DNA from: an uncultured Candidatus Peribacteria bacterium
Lineage (GTDB): Bacteria > Patescibacteriota > Gracilibacteria > Peribacterales > Peribacteraceae
Length of the DNA stretch: 64,000 nucleotides
Reading direction: 5' to 3'
Assembly: GCA_964580035.1 (NCBI GenBank)
Contig: CAZOJC010000002.1
Location: 8,205 to 72,204 of the forward strand
Part shown: piece by piece, positions 56,120 to 64,000 of the stretch
How positions within the stretch are numbered: position 1 is the first letter of the stretch
How the letters are laid out: each line of letters opens with the position of its first letter
Translations under genes and position numbers: made by a program
The notes under the pieces: model-generated
What the model was told of the DNA's origin: nothing
Database searches by the model: none
What the model saw: only the letters and a program-made list of their open reading frames with translations

Positions 56120-57730
56120 TTATGTCGCCTTTTTGGCGGTGGATGTTTTCGAGCTCACACGCTTCTTCTTCTCTTTCTGCGCGAGATCCCCTGTGGAAGA
56201 CGGTGTTACTGGTGCCTTCATATCTTGCTTAAAGCTCTCGATAAGACGCGTGAGACGTTCTTCTGATTCTTTGGAGAGCTCAGTATCTATCGATTCCAGA
56301 AGATCGTAGTGCTGCTGATTGAGCATCGAAAGAAAACGATCCATTAACGGTTTCACCTCTGGCACGGCAATGTCATCGAGGAGACCGTTGACTGCGATAT
56401 ATAGCATCGCCACCTGCTCACCGATCGAGTACGGCATGTACTGCTGCTGTTTGAGAATTTCTGTCAGACGTGCACCGCGGTCGAGCTGCTTTCGCGTGGC
56501 AGCATCCAAATCCGAGCCGAATTGAGAGAACGCAGCAAGCTCTCGGTACTGGGCTAAATCGAGGCGGAGGCGCCCTGCCACTTTCTTCATAGACTTTCGT
56601 TGGGCCGCCGACCCCACGCGAGACACCGATGTCCCCACGTTCACGGCTGGGCGAATGCCTTTGTAGAAGAGATCGCTCTCTAAGAAGATTTGACCGTCTG
56701 TAATGGAGATGACATTGGTAGGGATGTAATCTGAGATGTTGCCAGCTTGTGTCTCTATGATCGGGAGTGCCGTGAGAGAGCCTCCGCCATGGCGTTCGTC
56801 GAGGCACACCGCACGCTCGAGCAAGCGAGAGTGCAAGTAAAACACGTCTCCAGGGTACGCCTCTCTGCCTGGCGGCCGACGAAGAAGGAGTGAAATCTGA
56901 CGGTAGGCCCACGCCTGACGCGAAAGATCGTCGTACACAATCAGCACGTCTCGTCCTTTATCCACGAAGTACTCAGCCATGGCAGTGCCTGCAAATGGCG
57001 CGATGTACGAGAGAGCGGCAGCTTCGGATGCCCCCGCGCTGACGACGATGGTGTATGCCATGGCGCCGTTCTTCTCAAGGTCTGCAACGATCTTGGCTAC
57101 TTTGGACTCTTTCTGGCCCACGGCAACGTACATGCAGATGACAGGTCGATCGGTGTCCTGCGTCTTCTTCTGATTCAAAATCGCATCGATCGCCACGGCC
57201 GTTTTGCCAGTCTGACGATCTCCAATAATGAGCTCTCGCTGGCCTCGACCAATGGGGATCATCGCGTCGATGGCTGTTATGCCCGTCTGCATGGGGACCG
57301 TGACGGACTTTCGTTCGATGACACCAGGCGCAATTTTCTCCACCGGATAGAGCACCTTCCCGCTGAGTGCTGGTCCGCCGTCTTTAGGCACTCCGAGCGG
57401 AGAGAGTACACGTCCAATGAGCTCATCACCGACGGGAACTGAGAGAATCTGCCCTGTCGCTTTCACGGTATCGCCTGCTTTGACCGTACTACCATCTCCG
57501 AATATGACGGCACCGACGATGTCTTCTTCCAAATTGAGCACACTGCCGAACGTGCCGTTGCCAAAGTCGATCATTTCAGCGGCTCCGATGCGGGAAAGTC
57601 CGCTGATTTTTGCAATGCCGTCACCCACTTGGATGACGGTCCCTACATGTTCATGGGTAATCTCTGGCGTATAGGCTGCGATGCGCTTTTCGAGCATCTG
57701 AACCAGAGCGGAGCTGAGAGTGGTAGTCAT
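56120..57730 (-). CDS. atpA: F-type ATP synthase alpha subunit with a Lys-rich C-terminal tail
   Basis: The Walker A motif is [29 protein letters not shown] is also present. An extra tail ends ...[18 protein letters not shown]. Confidence 0.95.
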   Translation of the reverse strand: MTTTLSSALVQMLEKRIAAYTPEITHEHVGTVIQVGDGIAKISGLSRIGAAEMIDFGNGTFGSVLNLEEDIVGAVIFGDGSTVKAGDTVKATGQILSVPVGDELIGRVLSPLGVPKDGGPALSGKVLYPVEKIAPGVIERKSVTVPMQTGITAIDAMIPIGRGQRELIIGDRQTGKTAVAIDAILNQKKTQDTDRPVICMYVAVGQKESKVAKIVADLEKNGAMAYTIVVSAGASEAAALSYIAPFAGTAMAEYFVDKGRDVLIVYDDLSRQAWAYRQISLLLRRPPGREAYPGDVFYLHSRLLERAVCLDERHGGGSLTALPIIETQAGNISDYIPTNVISITDGQIFLESDLFYKGIRPAVNVGTSVSRVGSAAQRKSMKKVAGRLRLDLAQYRELAAFSQFGSDLDAATRKQLDRGARLTEILKQQQYMPYSIGEQVAMLYIAVNGLLDDIAVPEVKPLMDRFLSMLNQQHYDLLESIDTELSKESEERLTRLIESFKQDMKAPVTPSSTGDLAQKEKKKRVSSKTSTAKKAT

Positions 57731-57757
57731 GAGAAGAGAGTGGGAGAGAATGACGTA

Positions 57758-58165
57758 CTAATGAGGAGAAGTCAGATACGTTGAGAGTCGAGTGAGGGCA
57801 TCGCGAACGCTCATTTCCATGCGCTCGTCACCCGTGCGGAGGGAAGCGCCGCCAATGAGAGAATCGTCGGCATTTTCTTCAAGAGGCACGTTTTGGCGAG
57901 TGGCGGTGGAGAGAATCATTTGTATCGCCTTTGCTCTATCCGTTCCGGCATTTCCGGAAGGTGTGGTGAGAATAGCGGGCTGAAGCAATCCTTTTTGCCG
58001 CAACACGCGGGTCACAAGAGGAATCAGAATTCGTGAGGGCTGTCCCGGTTGCGTGCTTCGAAAGAGACTCACTGCCGCATCCACGAGCTGAGGCACTTCA
58101 CTCTCTGGGGTTTCTATGCTGGCATCTACCAGAGCGCGCGCGATGAGAAGGGGAGTTATTTTCAT
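57758..58165 (-). CDS. atpH: F-type ATP synthase delta (OSCP) subunit, short (135 aa)
   Basis: Sits between atpF and atpA. The C-terminus LIGGASLRTGDERMEMSV matches the delta signature (GG....G...D.S). ATGA overlap with atpF. Confidence 0.75.
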   Translation of the reverse strand: MKITPLLIARALVDASIETPESEVPQLVDAAVSLFRSTQPGQPSRILIPLVTRVLRQKGLLQPAILTTPSGNAGTDRAKAIQMILSTATRQNVPLEENADDSLIGGASLRTGDERMEMSVRDALTRLSTYLTSPH

Positions 58166-58671
58166 GCGCGGAGGAGTGTGGGAAGTTCTGTTTCAAGTTC
58201 TTTGAGCAGTTGCTCCTGTTCGGTTGCGGTAAATTTGCGACGGAGAATGCGCTCGCAGACCGTCACGATCGAGCGCGCCACTGTTTCCTGCACTTGCTGG
58301 AAGACTTTGAAACGCTCATCTTCAACCTTTTTTTTGCCCTTCTCGATGATATTCGCGGCTTCAGCGTGAGCTTTGGCAATGAGTTCTGCTCGCATGTTCT
58401 CCGCCTCTTCCTTGGCTGTCTCGAGCATGCGTCCGGCCTCTTCATCTGCCTTTGTAAGAATTTCCTGACGTCGCTCCTCTGTCACCTCTTTCTCCCGCGC
58501 GATTTCTTCAGCTTCTTGAAGCGACTTGCTGATAGCCTCTCTCCGTGCGTCAATCGTTTTAAGCAGCGGGCGATACACAAATTTTGTGAGCAGCAAGAGC
58601 ACAATTGCAAAGTTTACGATCTGTGCGAGCAGAATTTGCCAGTTGATGCCGAGCGTAGAAATGACTTCCAT
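58162..58671 (-). CDS. atpF: F-type ATP synthase subunit b
   Basis: An N-terminal TM helix (INWQILLAQIVNFAIVLLLL) is followed by a long charged coiled coil. Confidence 0.85.
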   Translation of the reverse strand: MEVISTLGINWQILLAQIVNFAIVLLLLTKFVYRPLLKTIDARREAISKSLQEAEEIAREKEVTEERRQEILTKADEEAGRMLETAKEEAENMRAELIAKAHAEAANIIEKGKKKVEDERFKVFQQVQETVARSIVTVCERILRRKFTATEQEQLLKELETELPTLLRA

Positions 58672-58699
58672 GAGGAGCCGAAAGAAAGAGATGAAAGAA

Positions 58700-58954
58700 T
58701 TAGACGAATTTAATGATGAGGGCGATCACAAGCCCGTAGATGGCCACAGCTTCTGCGAAAGCGATAGCGAGGATCGCAAGCGTCTGCACACGAGCGCCAG
58801 CTTCAGGATTGCGGCCAATGGCTTCTACCGCTTTAGAGCCGATGAGGCCAATGGCAGTTGCTGGCCCGAGGGAGCCCACAGCGATCGTGAGTGCGACGGC
58901 GAAATTCTTATCGCCGAGAAGGGTTGCGCTCTGAGAGATGGTTTCTGCTTCCAT
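58700..58954 (-). CDS. atpE: F-type ATP synthase subunit c
   Basis: 84-aa hairpin protein with a GxGxGxG-like first helix, the RNPE loop (GRNPEAG) and a carboxylate in AFAEAVAIYGLV. Confidence 0.9.
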   Translation of the reverse strand: MEAETISQSATLLGDKNFAVALTIAVGSLGPATAIGLIGSKAVEAIGRNPEAGARVQTLAILAIAFAEAVAIYGLVIALIIKFV

Positions 58955-59032
58955 AGGGGAAGGGGGGGAGAAAGATAGAAAGGGAAGAAATAAACGCAGG
59001 ATTGAAAATGAATGACGAAGAGCGGATAACAG

Positions 59033-59800
59033 TTAATGAGCTCCGTGTCCGGTGGTGGCCATTTTGAGGAAAACGGTGGTGAGAAGAGAGAACACAATAC
59101 CTTGAATGAGTCCGACAAAGAGCTCCATGGCGAGGAACGGCACTGGAATAACGTACGGCACCAAGTACGCGATAACGACCAGCAGTACTTCTCCCGCGAA
59201 AATATTGCCGAAGAGACGAAATGTGAAAGAAATAATCTTAGAACATTCACTGATGAGCTCAAGCAGTCCTACGAATGTCCCCACTGGATCCTTCCAAGGT
59301 GGGACAAAAAATTTGCCTGTGTAGTGTTGAAAGCCAAGCATCGCAATACCAAAACCCTGTACGCTTACCATAGAAATGAGTGCGAGTGCGAGCGTCATGT
59401 TCACATCTGCGTTCATGGATCGAAAGATGGGGATCGCCATCTGATGGCCGTCATGCATGCCACTGACTGTCACGCTACCAACACCGGGGAAAATGCCCAT
59501 CCAGTTTCCCGTAATTATGAATATGAGAATTGTGGCAACAAGAGGAAAGAACGCCCTCGTCTGTGTTGCATCATGAATCACTGCGCCAAAAAACTCATAG
59601 AGTCCGCCTATCGTCATTTCCATGAGCATCTGGAAACGACCGGGGACCATTTTGTATCCTGTGGCACGCGTCATCGCTGCGAGAGCGAAAAGCACAATCA
59701 TCGCGAGCCACGCCATGAGGAGCGTGTTTCGGATTTCAAACGATCCGATCGTTGTGATCACTTCTGATGCCAGTGTGGGCGGTGTGAAGGCGGCTGCCAT
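59033..59800 (-). CDS. atpB: F-type ATP synthase subunit a
   Basis: Polytopic protein with the conserved FTFRLFGNIFAGE motif, which contains the essential Arg. Confidence 0.9.
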   Translation of the reverse strand: MAAAFTPPTLASEVITTIGSFEIRNTLLMAWLAMIVLFALAAMTRATGYKMVPGRFQMLMEMTIGGLYEFFGAVIHDATQTRAFFPLVATILIFIITGNWMGIFPGVGSVTVSGMHDGHQMAIPIFRSMNADVNMTLALALISMVSVQGFGIAMLGFQHYTGKFFVPPWKDPVGTFVGLLELISECSKIISFTFRLFGNIFAGEVLLVVIAYLVPYVIPVPFLAMELFVGLIQGIVFSLLTTVFLKMATTGHGAH

Positions 59801-59807
59801 GATCTAC

Positions 59808-60152
59808 TTAGGATTTGGGACGTAAGGAATCGTGAAAGCTATGACTTTCTGCAATATGCCCAGGCGTAAGATCGGATTTTTTTGGTAAATCTTTCGGAAT
59901 TTTATCGAGAATGACGCGTATTTTTCTGGTAATGCCAACAAGCGAGAGCGCGAATGCGAACATGAGTCCGACAATAACGAGAAGTGGAGACGTTCCGAGG
60001 GAACGATCAATGTACGCTCCGCCCAAGCCAAAGAGGACTGCAGGGATAGCGATGGTGTACCCCAGTTCCCATGCGAAATTGAGGCCAAGCCATGTGCTCT
60101 CATCCTCAGTGGGGCGAGTGTCCGATGCCGATGAGTGCGTAGAAGGGTTCAT
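59808..60152 (-). CDS. atpZ: AtpZ/AtpI-like small membrane protein of the ATP synthase operon
   Basis: Two TM helices. WLGLNFAWELGYTIAIPAVLFGLGGAYIDRSLGTSP is typical of AtpZ. It lies directly upstream of atpB. Confidence 0.7.
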   Translation of the reverse strand: MNPSTHSSASDTRPTEDESTWLGLNFAWELGYTIAIPAVLFGLGGAYIDRSLGTSPLLVIVGLMFAFALSLVGITRKIRVILDKIPKDLPKKSDLTPGHIAESHSFHDSLRPKS

Positions 60153-60170
60153 CGAGATGGCAGATATGTG

Positions 60171-60587
60171 TTACGAAGCACGACGGCGCGATCGTTGACG
60201 GCGCAGTGTGACAAGTTTTGCGAGTTCCCTCTCCAGAGTCGCCGTCGCATCTGCGAAGCCTTCTGCATCATTGCGACGATCATTCATCAGCTCTTGTGCC
60301 CGTTTCTTTGCTGCCTCTATGGCTTCCTCTTCAAGAGATTCCGTTCGATCGGCAGAATCTGCGAGTACGCGCACGCCAAGCTTTTCGACTTGGATGATGC
60401 CGCGAGAGACAGCAAAGAACAACTCTTCTTTGCCTGTGCGGATGATAATCGTGCCTGGCATCACGCTGCTCATGAGAGGAATGTGGTGATTGAGAACGGT
60501 TATTTCGCCCGTACCAGTCGGGAGGGTGACGGAGACCGCTTCGCCGCTGAATGCTGAGCCTTCGGGGGTGATGAGTTCTAAGTGCAT
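60171..60587 (-). CDS. atpC: F-type ATP synthase epsilon subunit
   Basis: MHLELITPEGSAFSGEAVSVTLPTGTGEITVLNHHIPLMS, plus a helical C-terminal domain. Confidence 0.9.
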   Translation of the reverse strand: MHLELITPEGSAFSGEAVSVTLPTGTGEITVLNHHIPLMSSVMPGTIIIRTGKEELFFAVSRGIIQVEKLGVRVLADSADRTESLEEEAIEAAKKRAQELMNDRRNDAEGFADATATLERELAKLVTLRRQRSRRRAS

Positions 60588-60618
60588 GAGAGTGCGCGAT
60601 AGACAGCACAGGAGGTAA

Positions 60619-62082
<1,464 letters not shown>

Positions 62083-62135
62083 TTATTTCCATCATTGTTG
62101 AGCAGCATTCTCATCTCTCACACAGACTGCAGACA

Positions 62136-62149
62136 TGCAGTATACTGCA
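62136..62149. promoter_or_regulatory. perfect 14-bp palindrome TGCAGTATACTGCA containing a TATACT -10-like box, in the atpD/purE divergent intergenic region
   Basis: Read directly from the sequence. The reverse complement is identical. It lies 32 nt upstream of the purE ATG. Confidence 0.3.
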
Positions 62150-62180
62150 ATCCTCACTCTCTTTATTCACACGACTCTCT

Positions 62181-62708
62181 ATGAAGACACCACTCCCCCT
62201 CGTCGCCATCATCATGGGTAGCACCTCAGATTGGGACACAATGCGGCACGCAGCCGAAATGCTCTCTGATTTTGGCGTGCCGTACATCAAAAAAGTGCTC
62301 TCTGCTCACCGTACACCAGATGATATGGCAGCGTTTGCCAAGCAAGCAGAGGAGGCGGGTATCTGCGTGATTATTGCGGGCGCTGGCGGAGCGGCGCACC
62401 TCCCTGGAATGACGGCCTCACACACCACTCTGCCCGTTCTCGGCGTGCCAGTTGAATCGCGAGCGCTGAGCGGCCTCGATTCACTGCTCTCGATCGTTCA
62501 GATGCCGGCGGGAATTCCGGTAGGCACACTGGCAATCGGCGAGGCGGGGGCCAAGAATGCCGCACTTCTTGCCACTTCGATACTCGCCCTCACAAGTGAG
62601 GACCTACGAAAAAAACTGAAGGCGTTTCGTCACAAGCAAGCTCAGAAGGTGAGAGCGGGGAGCCTCGAAGAGAAGAGAAAAAAGAAAGCGTCGAACACAC
62701 GAGCATGA
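62181..62708 (+). CDS. purE: 5-(carboxyamino)imidazole ribonucleotide mutase
   Basis: [14 protein letters not shown] ... SAHRTPD ... [11 protein letters not shown]. Confidence 0.9.
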   Translation: MKTPLPLVAIIMGSTSDWDTMRHAAEMLSDFGVPYIKKVLSAHRTPDDMAAFAKQAEEAGICVIIAGAGGAAHLPGMTASHTTLPVLGVPVESRALSGLDSLLSIVQMPAGIPVGTLAIGEAGAKNAALLATSILALTSEDLRKKLKAFRHKQAQKVRAGSLEEKRKKKASNTRA

Positions 62709-62724
62709 TGGTATACTGCCAGCC

Positions 62725-63837
62725 GTGCGAAGCATTCAATCGTCACCCAATGTACGGATAGGCATCCTCGGTGGAGGGCAGCTCGGGCGCATGCTCGGCC
62801 TTGCAGGGATACCTTTGGGCTGTGAGTTTCACTTTTTAGATCCAGTCGCAAGCGCCCCTGCAAGGCAGGTGGGTGTTCATACTGTCGCAGCGTACGAAGA
62901 CACTGCTGCACTCGATGCGTTTTCTGCAAGTGTCGACAGTGTCACGTATGAATTTGAAAATGTTCCTGCGACATCGGTCGAATACCTCAGCAAGAAAGGC
63001 ATCCCTGTGTTCCCTTCTGCGGCCGCCCTTCACTACTCACAAGATCGCCTGACGGAAAAGACATTCTTCCAATCTCTCGGCATCCCCACTCCGGCCTTTC
63101 GGGCTCTCGATTCGAGAGACGATCTCATGAACGCGGCGGATACGCTCGGCCTTCCGCTCGTCTTAAAGACGAGACGACAAGGTTACGATGGCAAAGGACA
63201 AGCGATCATCCGCGATGTGTCTGATTTGCCCTCAGCATGGGAAAGGCTCAAGCACACACCGCTGATAGCTGAACAATTCATTCCGTTTTCTCGAGAAGTG
63301 TCGCTGCTTGCCGTACGATCTGTGAACGGGGAAACAGCCTTCTATCCTCTCGCTCAAAATACACATGAGAACGGCATTCTCCGACTGTCAAAGGCCCCTG
63401 CGAATGTGTCTGATATCTTGAAAGACAAGACATTCTCTTATGGAACAGCACTCCTCGACGCTCTCTCGTACGTGGGTGTCCTCGCACTGGAACTCTGTGA
63501 ATACGAGGGAGAACTCCTTGCCATTGAAATGGCTCCTCGTGTGCACAATTCCGGACACTGGACGATAGAAGGGAGTGAGACGAGTCAATTTGAGAATCAT
63601 CTGCGAGCGATGCTCGGTCTGCCCTTGGGCTCCACAGATATGGCGGTGCCTGCTGCGTGCATGATCAATCTCATTGGCACGCTTCCTGATATCTCTCAGA
63701 TTCTCTCGATTCCCCATGCGCACGTGCATCTGTACGGCAAAGAACCGCGTGCAGGGCGCAAGCTCGGGCATGTCACAGTCGCGGGCGTCAGTGCGTCATG
63801 TGACGATGCCCTGAAAGCGATTAAGCAATGTCTCTAG
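62725..63837 (+). CDS. purK: 5-(carboxyamino)imidazole ribonucleotide synthase (ATP-grasp)
   Basis: GTG start. IGILGGGQLGRML is present, with ATP-grasp core motifs (LVLKTRRQGYDGKGQ, EMAPRVHNSGHWT). Confidence 0.9.
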   Translation: MRSIQSSPNVRIGILGGGQLGRMLGLAGIPLGCEFHFLDPVASAPARQVGVHTVAAYEDTAALDAFSASVDSVTYEFENVPATSVEYLSKKGIPVFPSAAALHYSQDRLTEKTFFQSLGIPTPAFRALDSRDDLMNAADTLGLPLVLKTRRQGYDGKGQAIIRDVSDLPSAWERLKHTPLIAEQFIPFSREVSLLAVRSVNGETAFYPLAQNTHENGILRLSKAPANVSDILKDKTFSYGTALLDALSYVGVLALELCEYEGELLAIEMAPRVHNSGHWTIEGSETSQFENHLRAMLGLPLGSTDMAVPAACMINLIGTLPDISQILSIPHAHVHLYGKEPRAGRKLGHVTVAGVSASCDDALKAIKQCL

Positions 63838-63871
63838 CGCCTTTCAATGTTCAATCGCTGTTCCGATTGCT

Positions 63872-64000
63872 ATGCTGCACACCATGCACTCATACGTCGC
63901 ACTCGTCGGACACCAACCCCTCCTCACGCGCGCAGAGCTCTCTTGTCGTTTCGCCGATATCTCATTTGGTGACATGATAGGCGCAGACTGGCTCCCCTTT
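63872..64000 (+). CDS. 5' end of a hypothetical gene running off the window
   Basis: Open frame from ATG 63872 (or 63884) to the window end. YVALVGHQPLLTRAELSCRF weakly resembles the N-termini of THUMP-type RNA methyltransferases. This is very tentative. Confidence 0.3.
   Translation, partial: MLHTMHSYVALVGHQPLLTRAELSCRFADISFGDMIGADWLPF

Noticed and set aside
55407-56912. Alternative-frame ORFs inside atpG and atpA (55407..55949, 56418..56912)
   Set aside because: They are same-strand out-of-frame ORFs with Arg-rich translations. The annotated frames carry the canonical subunit motifs.
58210-59767. Plus-strand ORFs 58210..58713, 58526..58978 and 59036..59767 opposite atpF, atpE and atpB
   Set aside because: They are antisense shadows of highly conserved ATP synthase genes, and their composition is implausible.

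Overview
This looks like a bacterial chromosomal window using the standard genetic code, since TGA acts as a stop at many ATGA/TGATG coupled gene junctions. It is tightly packed and mostly lacks Shine-Dalgarno sequences. An LPXTG-anchored giant adhesin, SLH-domain proteins and a minimal AlaRS hint at an uncultured, possibly CPR/Patescibacteria-like lineage, but that is inference only. No searches were run; every call rests on motifs read from the translations.

Content from left to right:
- An isoleucyl-tRNA synthetase with two complete histidine-phosphatase modules embedded in its catalytic core. This is the most unusual feature in the window.
- Cell-envelope glycan operon 1: GT4, wecB, two SAM methyltransferases, an AsnB-type amidotransferase, a 957-aa SDR-GMC oxidoreductase fusion and a GT2.
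- A tmRNA gene (15627..16026) followed directly by an AT-richer integrated element. It carries a frameshifted large serine recombinase, an Xis-type HTH protein, a DUF4236 protein, a 603-aa protein with two HEPN-like motifs and two lipoproteins.
- A five-gene, translationally coupled carotenoid operon (crtE-crtB-crtI-UbiA prenyltransferase-GT2), convergent with tspO.
- Glycan operon 2 (a second AsnB paralog, a GT-C membrane glycosyltransferase and a GT2) with a divergently transcribed flippase gene.
- SLH and SH3 envelope proteins, an MFS transporter, a ChbG-type deacetylase, an orphan histidine kinase, an FTR1 permease and a VanW protein.
- An AT-rich islet encoding a divergent sigma-70-like protein and an HNH protein with internal tandem repeats.
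- A roughly 2180-aa DUF11-repeat LPXTG surface protein containing a 449-bp near-identical internal duplication.
- alaS, a cyclically permuted F-type ATP synthase operon (atpD-C-Z-B-E-F-H-A-G), and purE-purK.

No CRISPR array, rRNA or tRNA gene was seen.
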